From Burkholderiales bacterium (GTDB lineage: Bacteria; Pseudomonadota; Gammaproteobacteria; Burkholderiales; CAIKXV01), in contig JBBRCD010000005.1 of NCBI GenBank assembly GCA_038205245.1, positions 7,659 through 71,658 on the forward strand: a DNA stretch of 64,000 nt, written 5' to 3'. Made by a program: the position numbers and the translations under genes. Positions 1 to 9,594 of this stretch are shown piece after piece. The notes under the pieces are model-generated. The model saw only the letters and a list, made by a program, of their open reading frames with translations. It did no database searches and was not told where the DNA came from. How positions within the stretch are numbered: the stretch's first letter is position 1; each line of letters starts with the position of its first letter.

Positions 1-2
1 GC

Positions 3-971
3 ATGGCGTCCTGCGCACGCGGTCTGGCCGTATTGAGCCTTCTGCTTGCATTCGCCCCGGCCGCCCTGGCGCAGTCCTATCCGGCCCGCCCGGTACGCGT
101 GATCGTTCCTTTTGCTCCCGGGGCAGCTTCTGACATCACCGGGCGACTGGTGGCGCAGAAGCTCGCCGAAGGCTTCTCGCAGTCGTTCATCGTCGACAAC
201 CGGCCCGGTGCCGGCGGCAACATCGGTCATGAACTTGCGGCCAGGGCTGCGGCCGATGGCTACACGCTGGTGATCGCCAACGAATCGCTGGCGATCAACG
301 CGTCGCTCACCCGCAAGCTCGGCTTCGACACGGCGCGCGACTTCGCCGCTATCAGTCTGGTCACCATGAATCCACGGGTGTTCGTCGTCTCGGCGGCCTC
401 GCCGTTCGAGTCGATCAAGGACGTGATCGCGCGTGCGCGCAGCCAGCCGGGTGGTGTGCGCTACGGCTCCTCCGGCATCGGTACCGGGCCGCATCTGGCC
501 GGTGCGATGCTCTCCGGGATGGCGAAGGTGGAGCTCACCCATGTGCCCTACAAGGGCGCTGCTCCGGCGCTTGCCGATGTGCTGGGCGGGCAGATCGAGA
601 TGATCGCCACCACCATCCTGTCCTCGCAGGCGCTGATCCAGGCCGGCAAGTTGCGCGCGCTCGCGGTGACCTCGAGCAAGCGTTCCTCGACGCTGCCCGC
701 GGTGCCGACGGTGGCCGAGACGCTGCCTGGCTTCGATGCGGTGTCCTGGCTGCTGCTGCTCGGCCCGGCGAAGATGCCGGTGCCGGTGGTCAGCCGCCTG
801 CAGCAGGAGACCGCGCGCTTTCTGGAGCAGCCGGAGATGCGCAAGCGTATCGCCGCCGATGGCGGCGAGCCGGTGGGGTCGACTCCGGCCGAAGCGGCAG
901 CATTTCTCAAGGCCGAGCTTGCCCGCTGGGGCGAGGTGATTCGCCATGCGGGCGTGCAGCCCGAAGGTTAA
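3..971 (+). CDS. Bug/TctC-family periplasmic solute-binding protein
   Basis: 322-aa ORF. Signal peptide ends ALAQ, then family hallmarks PVRVIVPFAPGAASD, GYTLVIAN and HVPYKGAAPAL. Size typical of the family. Confidence 0.9.
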   Translation: MASCARGLAVLSLLLAFAPAALAQSYPARPVRVIVPFAPGAASDITGRLVAQKLAEGFSQSFIVDNRPGAGGNIGHELAARAAADGYTLVIANESLAINASLTRKLGFDTARDFAAISLVTMNPRVFVVSAASPFESIKDVIARARSQPGGVRYGSSGIGTGPHLAGAMLSGMAKVELTHVPYKGAAPALADVLGGQIEMIATTILSSQALIQAGKLRALAVTSSKRSSTLPAVPTVAETLPGFDAVSWLLLLGPAKMPVPVVSRLQQETARFLEQPEMRKRIAADGGEPVGSTPAEAAAFLKAELARWGEVIRHAGVQPEG

Positions 972-986
972 GGGGAGGGCGCCGCG

Positions 987-1808
987 ATGTCTGATCCGCA
1001 GTCCGCACGTGTGCTGATCACCGGGGCGGCAGGCGCCATCGGCCACTGTCTGCATCGCGCCTTCAGCGGGCGCTACGCGTTGCTGCGACTGGCTGACCGG
1101 GCCCCGGTCACTGCCCTGGCCGCGGCGGAGCAGACCCTGCTTGGCGATCTGTCCGACCCGGCCATTGCCGCGGAGGCGGTGCGCGGCATCGACTGCATCG
1201 TGCATCTGGCCGGCATGCCGACGGAGGCGCCTTGGAAGACGATCCTGCCCGACAACATCATCGGCACGCTCGTGCTGTTCGAAGCCGCGCGGGTGGCCGG
1301 CGTGCGCCGCATCGTGTTCGCCAGTTCCAATCACACGATCGGCTATCGCGCTTCGGATGAAGGCGTGGGCATCGATGAGCCAGTGCGCCCGGATTCGCGC
1401 TATGGGGTATCGAAGGTGTTCGGCGAGGCGTTGGGCCGCATGCATGTCGACAAGTACGCGATGACGGTCGCCTGCCTGCGCATCGGTTCGTTTCGTGAGC
1501 GCCCGGAGGATGCGCGCCAGCTCGGCACCTGGATCAGCCATCGCGACATGGCCGAACTTGCGCGCTGTGCGATCGAAGCGCCGGACTACGGCTTTGCGGT
1601 GGTCTACGGCATCTCGGCCAATACCCGGGCAAAATGGCACAGCCCGGATGCCGTGCGCATCGGCTTCGTGCCGCGTGACGATGCCGAGGCCTGGGCGGGC
1701 GAGCTGGCCGGCGTGACACCACCGCCCGGTGACCCGGCGGCGCGCTTTCATGGTGGGGCGTTCAGCGCGCTAGAGTATCTACCGCGATCAACCGGAGGCC
1801 AGCAATGA
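987..1808 (+). CDS. udh: uronate dehydrogenase-like NAD-dependent epimerase/dehydratase
   Basis: 273 aa. Rossmann VLITGAAGAIG, IVFASSNHTIGY and catalytic YGVSKVFGE (YxxxK) blocks are collinear with characterised Udh as I recall it. Starts 16 nt after the upstream stop. Confidence 0.75.
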   Translation: MSDPQSARVLITGAAGAIGHCLHRAFSGRYALLRLADRAPVTALAAAEQTLLGDLSDPAIAAEAVRGIDCIVHLAGMPTEAPWKTILPDNIIGTLVLFEAARVAGVRRIVFASSNHTIGYRASDEGVGIDEPVRPDSRYGVSKVFGEALGRMHVDKYAMTVACLRIGSFRERPEDARQLGTWISHRDMAELARCAIEAPDYGFAVVYGISANTRAKWHSPDAVRIGFVPRDDAEAWAGELAGVTPPPGDPAARFHGGAFSALEYLPRSTGGQQ

Positions 1809-2821
1809 TGAATCGGTTACCTGCAGGTTCGAAACCATGCGCTGGTCAATGCCTGGGCATGGTCACCGCGTGTTTTGCGGGGGTCCTGCTGCCCGCAGCA
1901 ACGGCGGTTGCCCAGCCCGCTTTCCCGAGTCAGCCGATCCGGCTGATCGTCGCCTTTCCGGCAGGCGGTGGCACCGATATCACCGCCCGCCTGGTCGCCG
2001 AGCAGATGCGCCAGACGCTGGGTGTCTCCATCGTTGTCGAGAATCGTGCGGGTGCGAGCGGCATGATCGGCACCGGCGCAGTCGCCAAGGCGAAGCCCGA
2101 CGGCTACACCATCCTCGCCAACTCGGGCGAGGTGGCGGTCAATCCACATCTGTACAAGCCGATGCCCTATGACTGGGACAGCGAGCTCACACCGGTCACC
2201 CTCATGGTACGGGTGCCCAATGTCCTCGCGGTCAATCCCGATGTGCCGGCGAAGACGGTGGCCGAACTGGTGGCGTTCGCCAAAGCCAATCCCGGCAAGC
2301 TCACCTTCTCCTCCAGCGGCATCGGTAACCCGCAGCAGTTGACCGGCGAGCTGTTCAACCGCATGGCGGGCGTGAACATCATCCATGTGCCGTACAAGGG
2401 CGCCGCGCCGCAGATCGCCGATGTGGTCGGCCGGCATATCACGATGACTTTCGTGAGCATCGGCGCGGCGCTGCCGTTCATCGAGAGCGGCCGGTTGCGC
2501 GCGCTTGGCGTGACTTCATCCGCGCGCGTGTCAGCGCTGCCCAACGTGCCGCCGATCTCGGACACGCCCGGGCTGGCCGGGTTCGAAGTGGTGAACTTCT
2601 TCGGCATGATGGCCCCGGCCGGGTTGCCCGCGCCGGTGCTGAAGACACTTAACAGCGCTGCCGTGCAGGCGCTCAAGGTGCCCGAGGTGGTGACGAAACT
2701 GCGCGAGTTGGGCTTCGAGCCCGCGCCGTCCACGCCAGAGCAGTTCCGGGAGTTCATCCGTGTCGAGACCGCGAAGTTCGGGCGCATCGTGGTCGAAGCC
2801 GGCATCAAGGCGGAGCAATGA
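1805..2821 (+). CDS. Bug/TctC-family periplasmic solute-binding protein
   Basis: 338 aa. Signal peptide, then PIRLIVAFPAGGGTD and HVPYKGAAPQ motifs. ATGA start/stop overlap with udh. Confidence 0.9.
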   Translation: MMNRLPAGSKPCAGQCLGMVTACFAGVLLPAATAVAQPAFPSQPIRLIVAFPAGGGTDITARLVAEQMRQTLGVSIVVENRAGASGMIGTGAVAKAKPDGYTILANSGEVAVNPHLYKPMPYDWDSELTPVTLMVRVPNVLAVNPDVPAKTVAELVAFAKANPGKLTFSSSGIGNPQQLTGELFNRMAGVNIIHVPYKGAAPQIADVVGRHITMTFVSIGAALPFIESGRLRALGVTSSARVSALPNVPPISDTPGLAGFEVVNFFGMMAPAGLPAPVLKTLNSAAVQALKVPEVVTKLRELGFEPAPSTPEQFREFIRVETAKFGRIVVEAGIKAEQ

Positions 2822-3810
2822 AAGGCGGAGCAATGATGAAAATGCGCGTACGTCATGTCCTCACTGGTGTTGCTGCGGTGCTGTTCACCCCGGCCCTGCA
2901 TGCGCAGAGCCCTGTGTTTCCTTCGAAGCCGATACGCTTCCTGGTCGGCTTTGCCCCAGGGGGCGGCACCGATATCATGGCGCGCACGGTGGCCGGTCGC
3001 CTGGCCGAAGCGCTGAACCAGCAGGTGATCGTCGAGAACCGTCCCGGGGCCAATGCCAATCTGGCGGCGGAACTGGCGGCCAAGGCGGCGCCCGATGGCT
3101 ATACGGTGCTGTTCATCTCGGTGTCGCATGCGGTGAGCAAGTCGCTGTATCGCAGTCTCAAGTACGACCTGGAGCGCGACTTCGTGCCGCTGGCGGCGAT
3201 CGGTTCGGTGCCGCAGGCGCTGGTGGTCAACCCGGCATTGCCGGTGAAATCGGTGAAGGAACTGATCGCCCTGGCGAGAAAGCGCCCGGGCGAACTCACC
3301 TATGCCTCGTCCGGTGCCGGCAGTCCCGAACACCTGGCGGGCGAGATGTTCGCGCTGATGACCGGGGTGAAGCTGCTGCATGTGCCGTTCAAGGGCGGCG
3401 CGCCATCGGCGACGGCGATCGTCGGCGGCGAGGTCGCGATCGGGTTCAACACGATGCCGGTCGCGCTGCCGCATATCCAGTCGGGCCGGATGCGGGTGCT
3501 GGCGACCACGGAGGACAAGCGGGCCAGTGTGCTTCCGGACGTACCGACCATCGCCGAGGCCGGTGTCCCCGGCTATGCGGTGGCGACCTGGTATGGCGCG
3601 ATGCTGCCCACCGGAACGCCGCGCGAGATCGTGCTGCGCCTGAATGCCGAGATCAACAAGGTGCTGTTGCTGTCGGATGTTCGTGAACGCCTGCTCAGTC
3701 TGGGCGCGGTTACCATTGGCGGGACGCCCGAGAGCTTTGGCAAGCTGATTGCCACCGATGTCGAGAAGTTCGCCAAGGTGGTCAAGGCTGCCAACATGCA
3801 GGTCGACTGA
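2818..3810 (+). CDS. Bug/TctC-family periplasmic solute-binding protein
   Basis: 330 aa. Signal peptide ends LHAQ, then PIRFLVGFAPGGGTD and HVPFKGGAPS. 4-nt overlap with the previous Bug gene. Confidence 0.9.
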   Translation: MKGGAMMKMRVRHVLTGVAAVLFTPALHAQSPVFPSKPIRFLVGFAPGGGTDIMARTVAGRLAEALNQQVIVENRPGANANLAAELAAKAAPDGYTVLFISVSHAVSKSLYRSLKYDLERDFVPLAAIGSVPQALVVNPALPVKSVKELIALARKRPGELTYASSGAGSPEHLAGEMFALMTGVKLLHVPFKGGAPSATAIVGGEVAIGFNTMPVALPHIQSGRMRVLATTEDKRASVLPDVPTIAEAGVPGYAVATWYGAMLPTGTPREIVLRLNAEINKVLLLSDVRERLLSLGAVTIGGTPESFGKLIATDVEKFAKVVKAANMQVD

Positions 3811-3824
3811 GCGAGAGGATCGAA

Positions 3825-4880
3825 ATGAACATCGTGGTGATGCCCGGCGACGATATCGGGCCCGAAATCATGCAGGTGACACTCGACGTGCTGGCGGCCG
3901 TCGATCGCCGCTTCAAGCTCGATCTGGCTTACGAGACGGTCGAGGTCGGCATGGCCAGTCACGCCCGGGTCGGCACGACACTGACCGAAGAGGCTATTGC
4001 CAAAGCGGCAGCCGCCGATGGCGTCCTGCTCGGCCCGTGTGGCATGACCCGATATCCGCCGCGCGAGCAGGGCGGCATCAACGTGCCGGGCACGATCAGA
4101 AAGCGGCTCGATCTGTACGCCAACATGCGCCCGGCACGCTCGCGCGCGGCGGTACCCGACTCGCGGCCCGGCATGGACATCCTGTTTGCGCGCGAGAACA
4201 CGGAAGGGTTTTATTCCGATCGCAGCATGTTCATGGGTCATGGCGAGTTCATGCCGACGCCCGACCTCGCGCTTTCGGTGCGCAAGATCACCCGTCAGGC
4301 GTCGCGCCGCATCGCGCAGACTGCGTTCGACTTCGCCGGCCGGCGCAGCCGCCGGGTGACCGCGGTGGGCAAGCAACATGTGCTGATCATGTCCGATGGC
4401 CTGTTCATGGAAGAGGCCTATGCCATGGCGAAGGCCAATCCGCAGATTGCCTTCGTCGAGATGGATGTCGATGCCATGGCCGCCGATCTGTATAGCCGGC
4501 CGCAGCGCCATGACGTGATCCTGCTCACCAACATGTTCGGCGACATCCTGTCCAACGCGGCAGTGGCAATGTCCGGTGGACTGGGACTGGCGGCGGCGTT
4601 GAACGCAGGTGACAAGCATGCCGTGGCCAATGCCGGTCATGGCTCGGCACCGGACATCGCGGGCAAGGGGATCGCCAATCCGAGCGGCATGCTGCTGTCG
4701 GCCGCGATGCTCATCGACTGGCTGGGTGGACGCCATGCCCGACCCGCTTTCATCGAGGCGGCAAAGGCGATGCATGCGGCAGTCGACGCCGCGCTCGCCG
4801 ACGATGCGGCGCGCACTGGCGATCTGGGCGGCCAGGGCAACACCCGGCTGTTCGGCGAGCGGGTGATGGCTGCGCTGTGA
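3825..4880 (+). CDS. isocitrate/isopropylmalate dehydrogenase-family oxidative decarboxylase (tartrate/D-malate dehydrogenase-like)
   Basis: 351 aa. N-terminal VVMPGDDIGPEI, ARENTEGFY and LTNMFGDILSN blocks are typical of the IDH/IPMDH family. Confidence 0.85.
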   Translation: MNIVVMPGDDIGPEIMQVTLDVLAAVDRRFKLDLAYETVEVGMASHARVGTTLTEEAIAKAAAADGVLLGPCGMTRYPPREQGGINVPGTIRKRLDLYANMRPARSRAAVPDSRPGMDILFARENTEGFYSDRSMFMGHGEFMPTPDLALSVRKITRQASRRIAQTAFDFAGRRSRRVTAVGKQHVLIMSDGLFMEEAYAMAKANPQIAFVEMDVDAMAADLYSRPQRHDVILLTNMFGDILSNAAVAMSGGLGLAAALNAGDKHAVANAGHGSAPDIAGKGIANPSGMLLSAAMLIDWLGGRHARPAFIEAAKAMHAAVDAALADDAARTGDLGGQGNTRLFGERVMAAL

Positions 4881-4921
4881 GCGGCGTGCGCTGATGTGCG
4901 GGCTGCCATGAGTCCGCTGCG

Positions 4922-6199
4922 ATGAGTGCACTGCTCGGCTGCATCGCCGACGACTTCACTGGCGCCACCGACCTGGCCAGCACGCTGGTGGCGCAGGGCA
5001 TGCGCACTGTCGTACTGCCCGGGGTGCCGGAGGCGACGCTGGTGCCGCCCGACGCCGATGCGCTGGTGATTGCGCTGAAGTCGCGTGCGATTCCGGCCGG
5101 CGAGGCCGTGGCGCAGTCACTGGCCTCGCTGGAGTGGCTGCGTAGCGCGGGCTGCCGCCAGTTCTACTTCAAGTACTGCTCGACCTTCGATTCCACCGAC
5201 GCCGGCAACATCGGGCCGGTGACCGAGGCGCTGCTAGCGCGTCTCGATGCTTCCTTCACCATTGCCTGTCCCGCGTTCCCGGCCAACGGGCGAACCGTCT
5301 ATCGCGGCTATCTGTTCGTCGGCGATGTGCTGCTGTCCGAATCGAGTCTGCGCAACCATCCACTCAATCCGATGACCGATCCCTCACTGGTGCGGGTGCT
5401 TGGCCGGCAGATGGTGGCGCCGGTCGGCTTGATTGGCTGGGAGACGGTCGCCCGGGGCACCGCCGCAGTGCGTATTGCAATCGGTGAGTTGCAGGCTGCC
5501 GGTGTCCGGGTGGCCATTGCCGATGCGCTGGGTGAGGCTGATGTGATTGCGCTGGGCGCAGCCTGCAGCGATCTCGCCCTGGTCACCGGCGGCTCCGGCA
5601 TGGCGATGGGATTGCCGGCCAATTTCCGCGCGCGGGGGCTGCTGCCGCGCCAGGACAGCGCAGCGCTGCCCTCCGTCGGTGGGCTCAGCGCGGTGATCGC
5701 CGGCAGCTGCTCGACGGCCACACGCGAGCAGGTGGCACGGATGCAGAGCTGGGCAGCCGCGTTCGAGATCGATGCGCTGGCGCTTGCCGACGCCGATCGC
5801 ATGGTCGATGCCGCGCTCGCCTGGGCGCTGCCCAGACTGGCCGAGGGCCCGCTGCTGGTCTACTCCAGTGCCGATCCGCAGCAGGTGCTCGTCGCGCAGC
5901 AGCAGTTCGGGCCGCAGGCAGGCACCCTGATCGAGCAGGTGCTGACGAGAATCGCCCAGGGGCTGGTCGACGCCGGCGTGCGGCGTCTGGTGGTCGCCGG
6001 TGGCGAGACTTCGGGTGCGGTGGTCAGCGGCCTCGGGGTGCGTGCGCTGCGCATCGGTGCCGAGATCTGCCCGGGTGTGCCCTGGACTGCCGGGGTGGGC
6101 CGTACGAGCGCACTCGAAACGCCCCTGCTGCTCGCGTTGAAGTCCGGCAACTTCGGTGGGCCGGAGTTCTTCCGCCAGGCGTTTGCCCAGCTTCACTGA
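4922..6199 (+). CDS. otnK: four-carbon acid-sugar kinase (DUF1537 family, 3-oxo-tetronate kinase-like)
   Basis: 425 aa. N-terminal IADDFTGATD signature of the YgbK/DUF1537 kinase family. Paired with a YgbL-like gene downstream. Confidence 0.8.
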   Translation: MSALLGCIADDFTGATDLASTLVAQGMRTVVLPGVPEATLVPPDADALVIALKSRAIPAGEAVAQSLASLEWLRSAGCRQFYFKYCSTFDSTDAGNIGPVTEALLARLDASFTIACPAFPANGRTVYRGYLFVGDVLLSESSLRNHPLNPMTDPSLVRVLGRQMVAPVGLIGWETVARGTAAVRIAIGELQAAGVRVAIADALGEADVIALGAACSDLALVTGGSGMAMGLPANFRARGLLPRQDSAALPSVGGLSAVIAGSCSTATREQVARMQSWAAAFEIDALALADADRMVDAALAWALPRLAEGPLLVYSSADPQQVLVAQQQFGPQAGTLIEQVLTRIAQGLVDAGVRRLVVAGGETSGAVVSGLGVRALRIGAEICPGVPWTAGVGRTSALETPLLLALKSGNFGGPEFFRQAFAQLH

Positions 6200-6815
6200 A
6201 TGGCAGCCGAGGACAGCACCCACCCTCTGACCCGGGCGCAGTGGCGCGCCTGGCTGGTACGCCATCACCTGCGCACCCAAGGCGTGTGGGTGCTCAGTTA
6301 CAAGAAAGCCACTGGCAAGCCCGTACCCGGGTACGACGCCAATCGTCGAGGAAGCGTTGTGTTTCGGCTGGATCGACAGCAAGCCGAACAAGCTGGACGA
6401 CGCGCGCAGCAAGCTGTGGCTTGCGCCGCGCGAGCCGCGCACCGGCGGGTCGCGCCTGAACAAGGCGCGCGTGCAGCGGATGATCGCTGCCAGTTGCATG
6501 GCACCGGCCGGTCTGGCCAAGGTCGAGGCTACGCAGCGCGATGGTTCGTGGGCAGCGCTCGATGCTGTGAAAGCGGCCGAACTGCCCGACGATCTGCTTG
6601 CCGCATTCGAGCGCCGGCCCGGATCGCGCGCGAACTTCGAGGCGTTCCCACGCTCGGCCAAGCGCGGCATCCTCGAGTGGATCGCCAATGCGAAGCGTGC
6701 GCCTACGCGGGCGCGGCGCCTCGAGGACACGGCAACGCTGGCCACACGCAAGGAACGCGCAAACCAGTGGCCGGCGCCGGCAGGGCGCGCATCGCGTGAC
6801 GCAGAACCGAGCTGA
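6200..6815 (+). pseudogene. YdeI/OmpD-associated family gene interrupted by a 1-nt frameshift
   Basis: The N-terminal part (LTRAQWRAWL...VWVLSYKKATGKPVPGYDA) is in the frame starting at 6200. The rest (IVEEALCFGWIDSKPNKLDD...SAKRGILEWI) continues in the frame of ORF 6357-6815. The junction is about 6341-6343 (gcc aat cgt versus gcc atc gtc). Confidence 0.7.
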
Positions 6816-6821
6816 AGGAGC

Positions 6822-7460
6822 ATGATGGAAACCGAAGATCGACTGCGGGAAGAGCTGGTGCTGCTTGGCAAGTCGCTCTACGACCGTGGCCTCGCGCATG
6901 GCTCCGCCGGCAACCTGAGCGTTAAGCTCGCCGATGGCTGGCTGATGTCGCCGACCAACTCCAGTCTGGGCCGGCTCGACCCGGCGCGTCTGTCGCGGCT
7001 GGATGCGCAGGGCCGGCTGCTGGGTGGCGATGCGCCGTCGAAGGAGACTTTCCTGCATCTGGCGATGTACGGCGAGCGCGCCAACTGCCGCGCCGTCGTG
7101 CATCTGCACTCGGTGCATGCGGTGGCTGTGTCCTGCCTGGACGGCTTGAATCCAAAGGATGTGTTCCCGCCGATCACCGCTTATGCGGTGATGCAGGTCG
7201 GCCGGCTCGCGCTGGTACCGTACTTTCCGCCCGGCGATGCGGCCCTGGCGGACGCGGTGCGCAATCTGGCGGCCAAGCATCAGGCACTGCTGCTCGCCAA
7301 TCACGGGCCGGTGGTGGCCGGCAGTTCGCTCTCGGCCGCAGTCAATGCGATCGAGGAACTGGAGCAGACTGCCCGCTTGATGCTTCTGCTCGAAGGCCGC
7401 CCGACCCGGTTGCTGAGTCAGGAGCAGGTGCGCGACCTCGAGCAGCGCTTTCCGGGCTGA
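6822..7460 (+). CDS. otnC: class II aldolase/adducin-family 3-oxo-tetronate 4-phosphate decarboxylase-like
   Basis: 212 aa. GSAGNLS, AVVHLHS and LLANHGPVV motifs. Collinear with E. coli YgbL as I recall it. Confidence 0.85.
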   Translation: MMETEDRLREELVLLGKSLYDRGLAHGSAGNLSVKLADGWLMSPTNSSLGRLDPARLSRLDAQGRLLGGDAPSKETFLHLAMYGERANCRAVVHLHSVHAVAVSCLDGLNPKDVFPPITAYAVMQVGRLALVPYFPPGDAALADAVRNLAAKHQALLLANHGPVVAGSSLSAAVNAIEELEQTARLMLLLEGRPTRLLSQEQVRDLEQRFPG

Positions 7461-7581
7461 CACTGCAGCCGAGGCTTCCCCACGGACGCGTGCAGCGGCA
7501 CAATACGGCTCAACAACAACGCATCGCGGTTCGGAAGGTGGTTCTAAAGTTGGTTCGGACCCGCGCTGGAGGAGCTTCATC

Positions 7582-8613
7582 TTGTCTGATTCACATCGTC
7601 TGTCCGCAGCGGGCGCCGGAATTTGCCTGCGTGAACGCCGCAGCACTCGCGCGGTGGCGTCCGCGCTGATCGTCGCTGGCGCCGCCGTCGCGCTCACCGA
7701 CATCGCGATCGCCCAGGCCTGGCCAGCCAAGCCGGTGCGCCTGGTGCTGCCGTTTCCGCCCGGCGGCGGTACCGACATTCTCGGCCGCACCATGGCCAAC
7801 CGTCTGGGTGAATCCATCGGGCAGTCGATCGTGCTCGACAACCGTCCCGGCGCCGGGGGCAACCTCGGTGCCGAGATCGTCGCGCGCGCAGCAGCAGATG
7901 GTTACACAATGGTGTTGGTGGCGCCCGGATTCGTCATCAGCCCCAGCCTGTACCGAAAGCTTGGCTACGACCCGTTCAGGGATTTCGAACCGGTATCGCT
8001 GGTCGCTGTCATCCCGAATCTGCTCGCGGTCCATCCGTCGCTGCCGGTGCAGAACGTGAAAGAGCTGATCGCCTTTGCCAAGGCCAACCCGGGCAAGATC
8101 AACTTCGGCTCCGGCGGTGTCGGCACCTCCAATCATCTGGCTACCGAGCTGCTCGCGGTGCGTACCGGTGTGTCGATGGTACATGTGCCATACAAGGGCG
8201 CGGCCACCGCAATGATGGATACGGTGGCCGGCAATGTGCAACTGATCACCATCGGCACTGGTGCGGCGTTGACGCAGGTGAAGGCAGGCAAACTGCGTGC
8301 GCTGGCGACCCTCACGCCTGGCAGGGTGCCGAACGCGCCGGAGATTCCCACTATCGCCGAGGCGGGTTTCCCGGGCCTGGAAGTGCACACCTGGTATGCG
8401 GTGTTCCTGCCGGCCAGGAGTCCGGCGGCGATCGTGCGCCGGTTGAACGATGAACTGTCGCGGGTGATGTTCGAGGCCGATGTGAGGGAACGGCTGTCGA
8501 CGATCGGGGCCGAACCGCAGAAGAGCACATCGGAAGAACTGGCGAAGTTCATTCGCAACGAGCACCGGCGCTGGGCCGAGGTGATCAAGGTGGCGAAGCT
8601 GGAGGCGGAATGA
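7582..8613 (+). CDS. Bug/TctC-family periplasmic solute-binding protein
   Basis: 343 aa. GGAGGA lies 7 nt before a TTG start. Mature part begins AQAWPAKPVRLVLPFPPGGGTD and HVPYKGAATA is present. Exact start uncertain. Confidence 0.85.
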   Translation: MSDSHRLSAAGAGICLRERRSTRAVASALIVAGAAVALTDIAIAQAWPAKPVRLVLPFPPGGGTDILGRTMANRLGESIGQSIVLDNRPGAGGNLGAEIVARAAADGYTMVLVAPGFVISPSLYRKLGYDPFRDFEPVSLVAVIPNLLAVHPSLPVQNVKELIAFAKANPGKINFGSGGVGTSNHLATELLAVRTGVSMVHVPYKGAATAMMDTVAGNVQLITIGTGAALTQVKAGKLRALATLTPGRVPNAPEIPTIAEAGFPGLEVHTWYAVFLPARSPAAIVRRLNDELSRVMFEADVRERLSTIGAEPQKSTSEELAKFIRNEHRRWAEVIKVAKLEAE

Positions 8614-9578
8614 AGGTCAAGGGCGCTGTTGCACTGGTAGCGGTATTGCTGTCGATCGGGGCTGCGCAGGCGCAGACCCAGTCATTCCCCACCCGCCCGA
8701 TACGCATCCTGGTCGGCTTCGCCCCGGGCGGGCCGACCGATGTGGTGGCGCGTCTGGTCGCGCCGAAGATGGCCGAGCAGTGGGGACAACCGGTGCTGGT
8801 CGACAACCGGCCGGGGGCGGGTGCGAACATCGCGATGGCAATGGCGGCGAAGTCCGCGCCTGATGGTCATACGATCCTGTTCACCAGTTCCAGCGTGGTA
8901 GTCAACCCCAGTCTGTATCGCAACCCCGGCTTCAACCTGTTCAAGGACCTGGCGCCGGTGACACGCGCCACCACTTCGCCGATCGCCTTCATCGTGCCGG
9001 CGGCATCGCCGGCGAAATCGCTAAAGGAGTTCATCGCCCTGGCGCGCGCCAACCCGGGCAAATTCACCTTCGGCTCGCCCGGCGCCGGCACCACCGGACA
9101 TCTTTCGTGCGAGATGGTCAAGCAACTGGCCGGTCTCGATCTCGAGCATGTGCCCTTTGGCGGAGCGGCACCGCTGATGACCGCGATGATCTCCAATCAG
9201 GTGCAGCTCGGTTGCCCCGGGCTGCCACCGGCGATACCGCATATGCGCAGCGGCGCGGTGCGCGCGCTGGCGGTCACCTCGCTCAATCGGTGGCCGACGA
9301 CCCCTGAGGTGCCGACGGTCGCCGAGTCGGGCTTCGCAGGCTTCAACACCGACTTCATGACCGGCGTGTTTGTGCCGATGGGCACCCCGGCGCCGGTCAT
9401 CGAACGTATCCGCAGCGAGATCGGCCGCATCCTGGCGCTGCCCGACGTGCGCGAACGGCTTTCCTTTCTTGGGTTCGAGCCGGTAATGAATACCTCGGCG
9501 GAGTTCGCCCGCGAACTGCGTATCGAGGTCGATCAGTATGCGAAGGTGATTCGCGATGGAAAGCTCAATGTCGAATAG
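8610..9578 (+). CDS. Bug/TctC-family periplasmic solute-binding protein
   Basis: 322 aa. Signal peptide ends AQAQ, then PIRILVGFAPGGPTD. 4-nt overlap with the previous gene. Confidence 0.9.
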   Translation: MKVKGAVALVAVLLSIGAAQAQTQSFPTRPIRILVGFAPGGPTDVVARLVAPKMAEQWGQPVLVDNRPGAGANIAMAMAAKSAPDGHTILFTSSSVVVNPSLYRNPGFNLFKDLAPVTRATTSPIAFIVPAASPAKSLKEFIALARANPGKFTFGSPGAGTTGHLSCEMVKQLAGLDLEHVPFGGAAPLMTAMISNQVQLGCPGLPPAIPHMRSGAVRALAVTSLNRWPTTPEVPTVAESGFAGFNTDFMTGVFVPMGTPAPVIERIRSEIGRILALPDVRERLSFLGFEPVMNTSAEFARELRIEVDQYAKVIRDGKLNVE

Positions 9579-9594
9579 CACGTGGGGGGTAGGG

